Numbered from the stretch's first letter, positions 11,512-27,301 are shown. The stretch is DNA of 64,000 nucleotides from Pirellulales bacterium (GCA_963733035.1 CAVTBU010000005.1:2912001-2976000), one strand, 5' to 3'. Made by a program: numbers and translations. The notes: generated by a model from the letters alone, not told the origin.

Positions 11512-11592
11512 GAATCTTCTCAAGCTTACAGTTTGAAACCTACTAATACTGCACGATTGTAATCGAAAGCCGGCCTCCGCGACCGGCGCGGT

Positions 11593-12951
11593 CTAGAAAA
11601 GCTGCTGAATCACCTGGCCGTCGGTGATCGCCAGGGGCCGGCCCAGGGGATCGTGCATGAGGGTGTGCGGCGCGAGCCCTAACGCATGGTATATGGATGC
11701 CACGACGTCGGCCGGACCGACAGGCAAGTCGGTTGGATAGGCACACGTCGCGTCTGACTTTCCAACCAGGTTACCACCGCGCACGCCGCCGCCAGCCCAC
11801 AACACGCTGGAACAGAATCCCCAATGATCGCGACCGCCGTCGCGGTTCACCTTGGGGGTCCGGCCGAACTCGCCCATCGTGACCACGAGCGTATCGTCGA
11901 GCAGACCTCGATCTTTAAGGTCGCCGAGCAGCGCCGACAGTCCCTGGTCTAGCAGCGGCAAGAGTTCGTCCTTGAGTGCCGGGAAATTCTGTTTGTGCGT
12001 ATCCCAACCGTCGCACTTGGTCATGTGATTGAAGTGCACGCCGACGAATGATACGCCGCACTCCACCATCCGCCGGGCCAGCAGGAGGCTTTGGCCAAAG
12101 CGATGTTTGCCGTAGCGCTTGTGCGTTTGAGGCGACTCGCGGTCGAGTGCAAACATGCCGTCGCCCGCCGAGCCGACTAAATCGGCAGCCGACTGGCGGA
12201 ACGTTCGATACTCCTGCATCGCGGCCGATCGAGCGGTGTGGCCGTCGAGCACTGCCAGCAGCGATTGACGCCCGGCGAACCGGTCGGGTGACATGTCGTC
12301 CGTTAGCTTCAAACCCAAGGGAGGCACGCCTGGGTCATCGTTGATCGCCAGTGGATCGTAGGCCGCACCCAATAGTCCCGCGCGCCCACCGCCCGCAACC
12401 GGCGTGGTTTGCTTTCGCACCTGTACTTCCGGAATGGCCACGTAGCCGGGGATACCACGCTTGCGATGCTTGAACTTTGCTACCACGGCACCCAGGTGCG
12501 GATCGTCAGACCGTGAGGGCGGCAGCACGGTGTTCGCACCCAGCGGTACACGCGACGCTCGCCCGGTCAGGGTGTGGTAGATCATGAACGGGTGATCGTT
12601 GTTCGGAAACGTGACGCTCCGCAGAATCGATAAGTCGGGCGCATGCGCTGCGAGCCGTGGTAGGTGCTCGCAAAACCGCATCCCAGCCACGGGCGAGGCA
12701 ATCGATTGGAATGGGCCGCGGATCTCCGCGGGTGCCTGGGGCTTCATGTCCCACATGTCGATCTGCGGCGGTCCCCCGAGCAGATAGACGAGAATGCAGC
12801 GCTTCGCTCGGCCAAAGGAGGCACTGGCCTGCGAACGTTCGTGGGTGAATGCGTTTGCGCGGCGAGCCTGCGAGAGTCCGGCAAAAAAAGTTAGCGTGCC
12901 GGCCTGCAGGAAAGTTCGTCGAGTCGGTCGGAAAGGGATGCCGCTGCTCAT
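11593..12951 (-). CDS. DUF1501 domain protein
   Basis: TRRTFL, GGPPQIDMWDMKP, WDTH, GEFGRTP, GRDHW. Confidence 0.9.
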   Translation of the reverse strand: MSSGIPFRPTRRTFLQAGTLTFFAGLSQARRANAFTHERSQASASFGRAKRCILVYLLGGPPQIDMWDMKPQAPAEIRGPFQSIASPVAGMRFCEHLPRLAAHAPDLSILRSVTFPNNDHPFMIYHTLTGRASRVPLGANTVLPPSRSDDPHLGAVVAKFKHRKRGIPGYVAIPEVQVRKQTTPVAGGGRAGLLGAAYDPLAINDDPGVPPLGLKLTDDMSPDRFAGRQSLLAVLDGHTARSAAMQEYRTFRQSAADLVGSAGDGMFALDRESPQTHKRYGKHRFGQSLLLARRMVECGVSFVGVHFNHMTKCDGWDTHKQNFPALKDELLPLLDQGLSALLGDLKDRGLLDDTLVVTMGEFGRTPKVNRDGGRDHWGFCSSVLWAGGGVRGGNLVGKSDATCAYPTDLPVGPADVVASIYHALGLAPHTLMHDPLGRPLAITDGQVIQQLF

Positions 12952-12958
12952 GGGTCTG

Positions 12959-12988
12959 ATTGTACCGGACGCCACCACGACACGACAA
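12959..12988 (-). promoter_or_regulatory. sigma70-type promoter TTGTCG-N18-TACAAT, 7 nt before ATG 12951 (leaderless candidate)
   Basis: Minus strand reads TACAAT-cagaccc-ATG. Confidence 0.55.
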
Positions 12989-13031
12989 ATCACTTGCCGC
13001 CGTGACGGACTCCTACGAGGTGCACCGAGCG

Positions 13032-17414
<4,383 letters not shown>

Positions 17415-17553
17415 GCCCTTCATCATAGGCGTGCCGTGGGGCGATCGGCGAGTACCCCGTTGGCCAACTCGCGTGGATTGCTGCTGCGAGGGCGAACAGT
17501 ATCCGGATGAGGTAGCGGTCGAGTTTTCAAACCCTAAGTTTTGTCGGACAAGA

Positions 17554-18579
17554 TCAAATCTGTACCGTGGGCTCGGCCACTTTGACGATGCGCTTGCCGA
17601 TGTTGTCTCCTTCGAGCATGCCGATAAAGGCTCGAGGCAGGTTTTCGAATCCTTCCACGACGTCCTCGCGGTACGTGAGCTTGCCCTCCTTGATCCAGCC
17701 GGCCATTTCCGCGGCGGCCGGGCCAAAGCGGTCGAAGAATTGAAACACCAAGAACCCTTCGGCCCGGGCTTGCTTGACGATCAATGCCCATAGCCAGCGT
17801 GGGCCGGTTTCGGGTTTTTCGACGTTGTACTGCGAGATTTGTCCGCAGATCGACATGCGTGCTTTGACGTTCAACAGCGGGATCACGGCGTCCGTAATCG
17901 CACCGCCCACGTTGTCGAAATAAACGTCGATTCCCCTGGGGCAGAGCTCCTTAAGCTTCTCGACGTAGTTCTTCGTCGTCTTGTAGTTGAAGGCATCGTC
18001 GAAACCGAGCTCATTTACCAGGTATTGAACTTTCTCATCGCTGCCGGCAATGCCGACGACGCGACAGCCTTTGATCTTGGCGATCTGGCCGACGATCATC
18101 CCCACGGCTCCAGCAGCGCCCGAAACGACGACCGTTTCACCCGCTTTCGGCTGACCGATGTCGAGCAGGCCGAAGTACGCAGTGAGGCCGGGCATGCCGA
18201 GGACGCCGATGGATGTCGAGATCGGCGCGATCGATCTGTCGATTTTGCGCACACCCTGGCCGTTGGAAAGCGCATATTCCTGCCAACCGAATTCCCCCTG
18301 CACGATGTCGCCCACGCGAAACTTCGCATTGTTCGAAGCGATCACCTGGCCGACGACCCCACCGACCATCACGCCGCCGATCTCCACCGGCGCGGCATAG
18401 CTTTTGGCGTCGTTCATCCGGCCGCGCATGTACGGGTCGACCGAAATATAGAGGGCCTTGACGACCATCTCGCCAGAATTCGGTGAAGGGACCGGAGACT
18501 CGATGAGCTTGAAGTCCGACGGTTTCGGCATGCCCGCCGGCCGGGCCGCGAGCGTGAATCTGTGGTTCGTGAGTGCCAT
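17554..18579 (-). CDS. NADP-dependent oxidoreductase (CurA/YncB, PTGR-like)
   Basis: SVDPYMRGRM, LGMPGLTAYFGL, SGAAGAVG, YFDNVGG. Confidence 0.92.
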   Translation of the reverse strand: MALTNHRFTLAARPAGMPKPSDFKLIESPVPSPNSGEMVVKALYISVDPYMRGRMNDAKSYAAPVEIGGVMVGGVVGQVIASNNAKFRVGDIVQGEFGWQEYALSNGQGVRKIDRSIAPISTSIGVLGMPGLTAYFGLLDIGQPKAGETVVVSGAAGAVGMIVGQIAKIKGCRVVGIAGSDEKVQYLVNELGFDDAFNYKTTKNYVEKLKELCPRGIDVYFDNVGGAITDAVIPLLNVKARMSICGQISQYNVEKPETGPRWLWALIVKQARAEGFLVFQFFDRFGPAAAEMAGWIKEGKLTYREDVVEGFENLPRAFIGMLEGDNIGKRIVKVAEPTVQI

Positions 18580-18810
18580 GGATCGTGATTTGTGGTTGGT
18601 GGTTCGTGGAACAAGGGGGGCGCGAACTTTGAAGTTGTTGGCGCCGACGTCGACCGGATCATTGTCCCGATCCGCCGGCCCACTGGCAACGATAACCCGC
18701 GTTTGCGGCAAAATGCTTCTCAGCCCGACCAACGCGCGGTAGGATAAGCCGCGTTTGATGCGTTTGAGCGAGGAATTTCCCACCTCCGTTTTCTGCGTGG
18801 GGGCCATGCG

Positions 18811-20199
18811 ATGCTCCACCGACGCGACGCGATGATCCGGCTTGGCCAGGCCGGGTTGGGCGCTCTGGCCCTGCCAAACTTGCTACGGGCGGAAGCGGCC
18901 TTCGCGACGCCGGGGCTTCGACCCACGGCCAAGAGTTGCATCCTGTTGTATCTGTGGGGCGGTCCGCCGCAACAGGACATGTGGGATCTCAAACCGGAAG
19001 CGCCCGAGGGCATTCGCAGCCAATTCAAACCGATCGACACGGTCGTGCCGGGCATTCAGATTTGCGACCAATTGCCGCACGTCGCCCAGCACACCGACAA
19101 GATGGCGATCATCCGCTCGTACACGCATCCGAGCAACTTGCACGAGGTCGGGGTCTATCACACGCTGACCGGCAAGATCAACAACACGTTGGTCGTGCCG
19201 CGGAATCAGCGCAACCGGAACGATTTTCCGCATCCGGGCTCGGTGGTCTCGTATTTCAGCACGCCCGGCGCGATGCCGGCCAGCGTGACGATTCCCTCGC
19301 CAATTGGTCATGACGGCGTCATTTATTCGGGCACCTATGCCGGCTTCCTCGGGGCCCAGCACGATCCGATGGAGCTTAAGCCGCCCGGCGAAGTGAAAAA
19401 GGCCGCGCCGCATAGCCTCGACCTGCTCGATGGGATTGACTCCACGCGACTGCAAGCGCGGTTTGGATTGCTCAAGATACTCGAAGAGCAAGATCGGCTT
19501 GTACAGAAGCAGGGACCGATGCAGGGTGTGGCCGGCCTCGAACAGTTCCGCGAGCAGGCCTATCGCATGCTCACGTCACCCGAGTCGCGCGGTGCATTTG
19601 AACTGGCGGGCGAAAGCGACAAACTGCGCGATCGCTACGGTCGCAATGAATATGGCGAGAGTTTTCTGCTCGCCCGCCGGCTAATCGAGTCGGGTGTGCG
19701 GCTGGTGACCGTCGTCTGGTCGTACATCTGTCCCGATGGCAACGTGGCCAACGTGTGGGACAACCATGGCGGCACCGGCTCGCTGGGCGGCATCGGCGGC
19801 TATGCGATGCTGAAGCAAAAGTATTGTCTGCCGCCCTTGGATCTGGCCTACTCGGCGCTGCTCGAAGACCTGCAAGCTCGCGGGCTGCTGGACGAAACGT
19901 TGGTGGTAATGCTCGGCGAATTCGGACGCACCCCGCAGATCAATAAAGCGCAAGGTCGCGATCACTGGGGGGCGTGCCAGAGTGTGATTCTTGCCGGCGG
20001 CGGCGTCCGGGGCGGCCAGGTCCACGGCTCGAGCGACCAGCACGCCGCTTATCCACGCTCGAATCCCGTGGCGCCCGAGGACGTAATCGCCACGATGTAC
20101 CACGCCCTGGGTATCCCGCCCGAGAGCCTCATCCACGACCGCGAGAATCGCCCGCACCGCATCAGCGAAGGTCGGCCGCTGGTGGAGCTGTTTGGGTGA
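18811..20199 (+). CDS. DUF1501 domain protein (true start may lie about 50 nt upstream)
   Basis: RRDAM, GGPPQQDMWDLKP, WDNH, GEFGRTP, GRDHW. Confidence 0.9.
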   Translation: MLHRRDAMIRLGQAGLGALALPNLLRAEAAFATPGLRPTAKSCILLYLWGGPPQQDMWDLKPEAPEGIRSQFKPIDTVVPGIQICDQLPHVAQHTDKMAIIRSYTHPSNLHEVGVYHTLTGKINNTLVVPRNQRNRNDFPHPGSVVSYFSTPGAMPASVTIPSPIGHDGVIYSGTYAGFLGAQHDPMELKPPGEVKKAAPHSLDLLDGIDSTRLQARFGLLKILEEQDRLVQKQGPMQGVAGLEQFREQAYRMLTSPESRGAFELAGESDKLRDRYGRNEYGESFLLARRLIESGVRLVTVVWSYICPDGNVANVWDNHGGTGSLGGIGGYAMLKQKYCLPPLDLAYSALLEDLQARGLLDETLVVMLGEFGRTPQINKAQGRDHWGACQSVILAGGGVRGGQVHGSSDQHAAYPRSNPVAPEDVIATMYHALGIPPESLIHDRENRPHRISEGRPLVELFG

Positions 20200-20418
20200 G
20201 TATGCCAAACGGGGTCTAGCAAGCAAGCCGCAGTGTAATGCCGCGGAACCCGCTACGTTGATTTTGCGCGGCAGGGGGGATGATGGGGGGCCCGTCTTCG
20301 GGTAACTTCGCGACTGACGGAATGCCTACGAGTGCCGGCAAAATCACGCTAGCCGCGTGACTTGCTCCCAGCGTTGATTCTTTTTCCACCACCCGTAAAC
20401 GTTTCACCGAGACTCGAC

Positions 20419-20772
20419 GTGCGTGACAAAGCAACGCTGATATTTCCCGTCCTGATGATCGCGGTCGGAAGCGGGTGGCTTCTCACCACGCTCGGAATTG
20501 CTCCTGGCGTCGATTGGATATGGACGCTGCTGTTGGCGATCGTCGGGCTGTTAGCGTTCGTCGTGGGGGGCTTCGACAAAGTGACGGCCGTGGTTGGGAC
20601 ATTTCTGATTATCGCCAGTTGCTTGTCACTTTTACGTCAAACGGGACGTTTGGCTTTGGATATCGAGGTCCCCATCCTGGTGATCATCGCCGGCGCGCTT
20701 GTCCTGATAGCTCATCTGCCCGCCATCCCTTCACCAAAGTGGATTATTCGGGATCCGAATTCGCGGCGGTGA
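20419..20772 (+). CDS. Small 4-TM membrane protein, unknown function
   Basis: Four hydrophobic helices; GTG start inferred. Confidence 0.7.
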   Translation: MRDKATLIFPVLMIAVGSGWLLTTLGIAPGVDWIWTLLLAIVGLLAFVVGGFDKVTAVVGTFLIIASCLSLLRQTGRLALDIEVPILVIIAGALVLIAHLPAIPSPKWIIRDPNSRR

Positions 20773-20941
20773 GGGTTGTAAATCAGGTACCACCAGGAAT
20801 CAACGCGCTCCGTCGAGCGTGGTTTCGATAACACGATCGCTTGGCCAACATCCGCTTTCTTGCCTCGAGTTCGGCAACTTGCTCGTGATGCATGTCTTTG
20901 GGCGAACGATGGGGCTGCGGTTGAGTTCTCACAACCGGCCC

Positions 20942-20971
20942 TTGAATTTGGGCCCCCGGCCATGCTAACCT
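20942..20971 (+). promoter_or_regulatory. Candidate carB promoter TTGAAT-N18-TAACCT with extended -10 TG
   Basis: TGcTAACCT at 20963-20971, about 85 nt upstream of GTG 21058. Confidence 0.45.
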
Positions 20972-21057
20972 TGAGGGATTTTAGACCGGAACCTGGGCCA
21001 TTGGGGGCTTCGGGTCATGGTCACTTGCTCGACTCCTTGGGGGAAGGTTCACCAACC

Positions 21058-24000
21058 GTGCCGCGACGCGACGATTTGCACAAAATTCTGATCCTTGGCT
21101 CGGGCCCGATCGTGATCGGTCAGGCCTGTGAGTTTGACTACTCGGGTACGCAGGCCTGCAAGGCCCTTCGCGAGGAAGGCTACGAGGTCGTGCTCGTGAA
21201 TTCCAACCCGGCCACGATCATGACCGACCCGGGCATGGCCGACCGGACCTACATCGAGCCACTGACCTGGGAGGTCGTGGCCAAGATCATCGAGACCGAG
21301 CGGCCCGACGCGGTGCTGCCGACCCTGGGCGGGCAGACGGCGTTGAACCTGGCGATGGAACTCTCCCAACACGGCGTGCTGGAAAAGTACGCGGTGGAGA
21401 TGATTGGTGCCCGGCCCGACGTGATCGACAAGGCTGAGAATCGCAACCGGTTCAAAGCGGCGATGGAAAAGATTGGGCTGGAGGTGTGCCGCGGCGATAC
21501 CGTGCACAATTTGAAGGAAGCCCGTGAAATGCTAGGCAAGATCGGCTTGCCGTGCGTGATCCGCCCTAGCTTCACCATGGGGGGCAGTGGCTCGGCCATT
21601 GCCTACAACCGCAACGAGTTCGACCAGTTGGTGACGCGCGGCCTTGAATCGTCGCCGGTGACCGAAGTGCTGATCGAGGAATCGATCATCGGCTGGAAAG
21701 AGTACGAAATGGAGGTGATGCGCGACGCCGACGATAACGTCGTGATCATTTGCTCGATCGAGAATTTCGATCCGATGGGTGTACACACGGGTGACTCGAT
21801 CACCGTGGCTCCAGCCCAGACGCTCACCGACAAGGAATACCAGCGGATGCGCGACGCTTCGCTGGCGGTGATTCGCGAGATTGGCGTCGAGACGGGCGGC
21901 TCGAATATTCAATTCGCAATCCACCCGCAAACTGGGCGGATGATCGTCATCGAGATGAATCCACGCGTGAGCCGTTCGAGCGCCCTGGCATCGAAGGCCA
22001 CGGGCTTTCCGATTGCCAAGATCGCGGCCAAGCTGGCCGTCGGCTACCGATTGCACGAACTGCCGAACGACATCACTCGCGAAACGCGGGCTTGTTTCGA
22101 GCCGACGATCGACTACGTGGTGACCAAGATTCCGCGGTTCGCCTTCGAAAAGTTCCCCGAAGCCGATCCGATGCTCACCACGCAGATGAAGAGCGTCGGC
22201 GAGACGATGGCCATCGGACGCACGTTCAAAGAGTCGTTTCAAAAGGCGCTGCGCGGGCTGGAAGTCGGCAGCTTTGGCTTCGGTTGCGACGCCAAGGACC
22301 GCTGGGGCACTCCCGAGCAACCCGACCACGATGAGATTCGCGTCAAACTGACCACGCCTGCAGACGACCGCGTTTGGTTTATTCGTTATGCATTCAAGAG
22401 CGGGATGTCGATCGACGAAGTGCACAAGCTTTCGCACATCGACCCGTGGTTCCTGCAGCATTTGCGCGAGATCGTCGAGCTGGAAGAAGAATTGCGGACG
22501 CATGATGGCCCTGCCGCGGCGAGCGACGAATTGATTCGACGGGCCAAGCAGGCAGGCTTTTCGGATCGCCAGCTGGCGACAATTTGGAGCACGAACGAAA
22601 TCGCGATTCGCAACGACCGGAAGAAGCGGGGAATCGTGGCGACGTTCAAATCGGTCGACACCTGCGCCGCGGAGTTCGAGGCCTACACGCCGTACTACTA
22701 CTCGACCTATGAGGATGAGGACGAAACGCCGACCAGGCGACCAGGTCAGAAACGGATCATGATCTTGGGGGGCGGGCCAAATCGCATTGGCCAGGGCATC
22801 GAGTTCGACTACTGCTGTTGTCACGCGAGTTTCGCGCTGCGAGAGATGGGCATCGAGTCGATCATGGTCAACTCGAATCCCGAGACGGTCAGCACGGACT
22901 ACGACACGAGCGACCTGTTGTTCTTCGAGCCGCTGACGACCGAGGATGTGCTGAACATCTGCGATCGCGTGCAGCCCGATGGCGTAATCGTCCAATTCGG
23001 CGGCCAGACGCCGCTCAACCTGGCCCGAGCGCTATCGAGTGCCGGCGTGCCGATCATTGGCACCAGCGTCGACACGATCGAAGATGCCGAGGACCGCGAA
23101 AAGTTCCAGCGACTGCTGCAGCGATTGGGGCTCAAGCAGCCGGCCAACGGCATCGCCCGCACCATGGCCCAGGCACGCACCGAAGCGGCCAAAATCGGAT
23201 ATCCGGCGCTGGTGCGACCGAGCTTCGTGCTGGGCGGCCGGGCGATGGAAATCTGTTACGATCAGACGCAGCTCGAACGCTTCGTGGCCGAGGCATTTAT
23301 CGTTGCACAAGGACAGCCCGTACTGATTGACCGGTTCTTGGAAGACGCGATCGAGGTGGACGTCGACGCCATCAGCGACGGACAACAGGTGGTCGTGGCC
23401 GGCGTGATGGAACACATCGAGGAGGCGGGCGTTCACTCGGGCGATTCTGCTTGCGTGATTCCACCCTACAGCTTGCAGGGCCCGATCCTGGCCGAGATTC
23501 GGGCCGCCACGCACGCGCTAGCCAGGCAGTTGCGAGTCGTCGGCCTGATGAACATTCAATTTGCCATCAAGAAGGAAGACGGCAAGCAGATTCTGTACGT
23601 GCTGGAAGTGAACCCCCGCGCCAGCCGCACGGTGCCGTTCGTATCGAAGGCGACCGGGGTGCCCGTGGCCAAGATCGCCGCCAAGGTGATGGCCGGCATG
23701 ACGCTCGCCGAATTGGGCTGCGAGCGCGAGCCGATCCCCAGCCACGTGTCGATTAAGGAAAGCGTGTTTCCGTTCCGGAAGTTTGCCGGCGTGGATATCG
23801 TGCTCGGCCCCGAGATGCGGTCGACGGGCGAAGTGATGGGGATCAGCGAGCGGTTTTCGATCGCGTTTGCCAAGGCACAATTGGCCGCCGGCACGGTGCT
23901 GCCCAGCGAGGGGATGATCTTTATAAGCGTGGCCAAGCCGGCCAAGGAACACATGGTTGGACTGGCCGGGCGGTTGGCCAAGCTGGGCTACAAGCTGATG

Positions 24001-24330
24001 GCGACCGAGGGGACCGCGCGGCGGCTGGAGGCGGCCGGCATTCCGGTGCAGCATGTGAACAAGCTGCAGGAAGGTCAGCCGAATTTGCTCGACTATTTGG
24101 TCGACGGGGCGATTCAACTGATCATGAACACGCCCAGCGGCAAGGGAGCCCGCACCGATGAAGGCCGGATTCGTGCGGCCGCGGTGGCGGGCGGCGTGCC
24201 GTGCATCACGACGATTCAGGCGGCCGACGCGGCCGTGCGCGCGATGGAGGCGCTGCGAAACGAAGAGATCACCGTGCAGTCTCTACAGGATCGCTTTGCC
24301 CCCGAGCCGCGACGCAAGCAACCCGTCTAG
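21058..24330 (+). CDS. carB: Carbamoyl-phosphate synthase large subunit
   Basis: [17 protein letters not shown], two ATP-grasp domains, [16 protein letters not shown]-terminal MGS domain. Confidence 0.98.
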   Translation: MPRRDDLHKILILGSGPIVIGQACEFDYSGTQACKALREEGYEVVLVNSNPATIMTDPGMADRTYIEPLTWEVVAKIIETERPDAVLPTLGGQTALNLAMELSQHGVLEKYAVEMIGARPDVIDKAENRNRFKAAMEKIGLEVCRGDTVHNLKEAREMLGKIGLPCVIRPSFTMGGSGSAIAYNRNEFDQLVTRGLESSPVTEVLIEESIIGWKEYEMEVMRDADDNVVIICSIENFDPMGVHTGDSITVAPAQTLTDKEYQRMRDASLAVIREIGVETGGSNIQFAIHPQTGRMIVIEMNPRVSRSSALASKATGFPIAKIAAKLAVGYRLHELPNDITRETRACFEPTIDYVVTKIPRFAFEKFPEADPMLTTQMKSVGETMAIGRTFKESFQKALRGLEVGSFGFGCDAKDRWGTPEQPDHDEIRVKLTTPADDRVWFIRYAFKSGMSIDEVHKLSHIDPWFLQHLREIVELEEELRTHDGPAAASDELIRRAKQAGFSDRQLATIWSTNEIAIRNDRKKRGIVATFKSVDTCAAEFEAYTPYYYSTYEDEDETPTRRPGQKRIMILGGGPNRIGQGIEFDYCCCHASFALREMGIESIMVNSNPETVSTDYDTSDLLFFEPLTTEDVLNICDRVQPDGVIVQFGGQTPLNLARALSSAGVPIIGTSVDTIEDAEDREKFQRLLQRLGLKQPANGIARTMAQARTEAAKIGYPALVRPSFVLGGRAMEICYDQTQLERFVAEAFIVAQGQPVLIDRFLEDAIEVDVDAISDGQQVVVAGVMEHIEEAGVHSGDSACVIPPYSLQGPILAEIRAATHALARQLRVVGLMNIQFAIKKEDGKQILYVLEVNPRASRTVPFVSKATGVPVAKIAAKVMAGMTLAELGCEREPIPSHVSIKESVFPFRKFAGVDIVLGPEMRSTGEVMGISERFSIAFAKAQLAAGTVLPSEGMIFISVAKPAKEHMVGLAGRLAKLGYKLMATEGTARRLEAAGIPVQHVNKLQEGQPNLLDYLVDGAIQLIMNTPSGKGARTDEGRIRAAAVAGGVPCITTIQAADAAVRAMEALRNEEITVQSLQDRFAPEPRRKQPV

Positions 24331-24352
24331 CCAAGCGAGCACAAGGCACCGC

Positions 24353-24748
24353 ATGCTCCCTGAACTTTCCCTGTGGCAGAAGCTGCTGTTGATTGCTGTC
24401 GCTGGAGCCGCGGGAACGCTAACGCGATTTTTCGTTGCAACGGTCGTGCAGCGCAATCAGCCCTTTGACTTTCCGATGGGAACGCTGGCGGTCAATGCGC
24501 TGGGGTGCTTGCTGTTTGGCATTGTTTGGTCGCTGGCCGAAGGGCGGATGGTCATCAGCCCTAGCACCAGGCTCATCGTGCTGGTCGGCTTCATGGGCGC
24601 CTTTACCACGTTCTCGACGTTTAGTTTCGAGACCGCGGAACTGCTCGAGCATTCCCGCTGGTTCACTGCCGCCGGAAACGTGCTGCTGCAGAACATAACC
24701 GGCATTTTGTTGGCCATGGCGGGCATGGCCTTGGGGCGGCTGTTCTAG
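24353..24748 (+). CDS. crcB: Fluoride efflux channel FluC/CrcB
   Basis: GAAGTLTR, FPMGTLAVN, GFMGAFTTFSTF. Confidence 0.95.
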   Translation: MLPELSLWQKLLLIAVAGAAGTLTRFFVATVVQRNQPFDFPMGTLAVNALGCLLFGIVWSLAEGRMVISPSTRLIVLVGFMGAFTTFSTFSFETAELLEHSRWFTAAGNVLLQNITGILLAMAGMALGRLF

Positions 24749-24842
24749 TCGCGGCATCGCCGGGGAGAAAAGATTGCCTCCGGCCGCCATGGAGTGTTAT
24801 ATTCCAACTCTTCCTATCGCCATCCAATGCGGAGCCGTCGCC

Positions 24843-25587
24843 ATGCGCACTCTTCTGGTTGCTCTGGTATCGCTGGTTTCATTCCACTCGTCGTTTGCCG
24901 AGTCGCCGGATCCGCCGCTCGATAACAAGCGGCTGACCGTGCACACGCTGGTGCGCGAGGACATCTTTGCGGGCTGGCGCAAAGAACATGGAACGCTTCG
25001 AGCGCGGCGAGAAGAACATCGACCTGTTGCTCGAGCAGCGGCCCCAGTCTCGGGCGGAACTTGTGGCTTGGAAAGGTGGCGCGAAACTCTTTCGCGCGGT
25101 GCTGGCGCTGGAAGCCGGCAATCAAGATGAGTTTCAGAAAAACTACGACGAGGCGGTCGCGCTGCTGGATGAGGCCAAGAAGCTGGGCCCCAAGATTCCC
25201 GGCGTGGCTGCCGTGGTTGGCGGAAGCTACCTGACGTTTGGCGATCGCCTGCCCGAAGTGCATCGCGCCGACGCCTGGCAAAAGGCCTACGACAACTACC
25301 AGGTTCTGTGGAGTCAGCAGGGCAAGCTCGTCGAGCGACTCCCGCTGCATATTCAGGGTGAACTGCTGGCCGGCATGGTGCAATCGGCCCAGCGCACCGG
25401 CCGTCAGAAGGAATACGAGGAGTTCCTCGACAAGGTGATCGAGGTCATGCCCGACACGGCCTACGCGCGAGTCGCAACCCGCTGGAAGAGCGAGCCGGCG
25501 GCCGCGGCCACGGGTAACATTTCTTGCAAGAGCTGCCATGCGGACGGTCGGCTGGAGGCGCGGCTGGCTGTGATTGAGGGGAAGTGA
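24843..25587 (+). CDS. Secreted helical protein with C-terminal CxxCH (putative c-type cytochrome); frameshift near 24980
   Basis: Signal peptide MRTLLVALV...SFA in one frame, continued by ORF 24967..25587 ending SCKSCHADGRL. Confidence 0.7.
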
Positions 25588-25714
25588 TCGTCTTACTTGT
25601 CAATCGAATGGCGGCGTCTAAACCGTCACGCTCCGTCAATCGCGTGCAGTAAGGCGCAGTCTCGGTCAGGCTGGCGACGAGCGCCCTGTTGCGGAAGCAC
25701 GACTTTGTCCGCCC

Positions 25715-27286
25715 CTAGCATTTGAACCTGAGTGCCCGCCCCGGTTGTTCAGGGCCGGCGATTGTCACCGGCCGACCATGGCTTACGATCTCTGTGCCAG
25801 CCACCAGAACGTGGTCGATGCCGACGCAGTACTGGTGTGGGTCATCGTAAGTCGCCCGGTCGGCGATGGTTTCTGGATCGAAGATTACCAGGTCGGCAAA
25901 CGCCCCTTCGCGGACTTCGCCCCGATCGACCAGGCCGAAGCGCTCGGCCGGGATGCCGGTCATCTTTTGCACGGCGGCTTCGAGCGAAAAGAGCTTGCGG
26001 TCGCGCACGAGTGGTCCGAGCATTCGAGGGGCGGAGCCGTACATCCGGGGATGTACCAGGCCGTCGGAAAAATAGATGCCGTCGGTTCCCATCATAAACT
26101 TGGGATGCTGCAGGAACGGGTCGACCAGCGAATCGTCGCCGGCGACCAGCACCGAGAGGGCGGCCAGGTTTTCCTCGATCAACAAGTCGCAAACGGCCTC
26201 GGCCGCCGGTTGACCGCGGCTGGCGGCCACGTCGGCCAGGGAGCATCCTCGATAGCGGGCGTTGTCTTTCGTCGCACACCAGGCAAAGCGGATCTTTTCG
26301 GGCGGCAGTGGAAAACATTCAAGCAGCGTCGCAAAACGCTCGCGCACGGCCGGATCGCGGAGCTTTTCGCAAACGGCCAGCGGCCCGTCTTCCCACACCT
26401 CGTAGGGAAGCAGGTAGTTGAACATCGTCGAACCACTGGAATAGGGATAAATATCGAACGAGAAGTCGACCGCGTGCACGGCGACCCGATCGACGTAGTC
26501 CAGCAGCTCCTCGGCATCCGCGGGGGTGCCGGCCTTGAGATGCGAAATATGCACCGGCACGCCGGCGCGCTGGCCAATCTCGACGGCTTCTTGCATGCCG
26601 CGAAGCGTCCCCTTCTTGTAACGCACATGGCTGACATAGATGCCGCGCCAGGGAGCCATGGCCGAGCAGACTTCAACCAGCTCGTCGGTTGTGGCAAAGC
26701 ACTCGGCGACATAGTCGAGCCCAGTGGAGATGCCCACCGCGCCGGCGTCCATGGCCTTTTCGACCTCGCGGCGCATGATGTTGATCTGCGTATCGTCGAG
26801 CGGTCCGCGCCGCCAACCGGCCGCCAGCACGCGGACGTTCGCATAAGGGATTTGAGCGATCACGTTCTGCGCCGTGCGGTGATCTAGCAAAGCCAGATAG
26901 TCGGCAATCGACCGCCAGTCCTGGTAATCTTCGAGCACCAGGCCATTCAGCGCACGCTGGTAGCAGAACCAATCTCGCCAGTTGTGCGGCGAGACCGGAG
27001 CATAGGAGATTCCATCGCTCATCAAGATTTCGGTGGTGAAACCTTGACTCGTCTTGGGTAACAAGTTCGGCGTCTTGAGCAGCCAGCCGTCAGCATGCGT
27101 GTGAACGTCGATGAATCCCGGGGACACGACGCGGTTGGCCGCATCGATGGTGCGCGTCGCCTCGGCTGCGGCCAGGTTGCCAACCGCCGTGATGCGAGCG
27201 CCTTGAATGCCGACGTCGGCCGAGAACCGAGGGCCGCCTGTGCCGTCGACGATCGCGCCGCCGCGAATGACCAGGTCAAAAAACAA
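25715..27286 (-). CDS. N-acyl-D-amino-acid deacylase (D-aminoacylase) family amidohydrolase
   Basis: PGFIDVHTH, GISTGLDY, HISHLK, GTDG, HPRMYG; TTG start with GGGAGG SD. Confidence 0.9.
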   Translation of the reverse strand: MFFDLVIRGGAIVDGTGGPRFSADVGIQGARITAVGNLAAAEATRTIDAANRVVSPGFIDVHTHADGWLLKTPNLLPKTSQGFTTEILMSDGISYAPVSPHNWRDWFCYQRALNGLVLEDYQDWRSIADYLALLDHRTAQNVIAQIPYANVRVLAAGWRRGPLDDTQINIMRREVEKAMDAGAVGISTGLDYVAECFATTDELVEVCSAMAPWRGIYVSHVRYKKGTLRGMQEAVEIGQRAGVPVHISHLKAGTPADAEELLDYVDRVAVHAVDFSFDIYPYSSGSTMFNYLLPYEVWEDGPLAVCEKLRDPAVRERFATLLECFPLPPEKIRFAWCATKDNARYRGCSLADVAASRGQPAAEAVCDLLIEENLAALSVLVAGDDSLVDPFLQHPKFMMGTDGIYFSDGLVHPRMYGSAPRMLGPLVRDRKLFSLEAAVQKMTGIPAERFGLVDRGEVREGAFADLVIFDPETIADRATYDDPHQYCVGIDHVLVAGTEIVSHGRPVTIAGPEQPGRALRFKC

Positions 27287-27301
27287 AGGGACCTCCCGGG
27301 C

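Noticed and set aside
20270..20335. Possible fluoride riboswitch (GATG...CTGACGGAATGCCTAC), given crcB downstream
   Set aside because: No GGCAT pseudoknot partner or proper P1 stem, and it lies 4 kb and two genes from crcB
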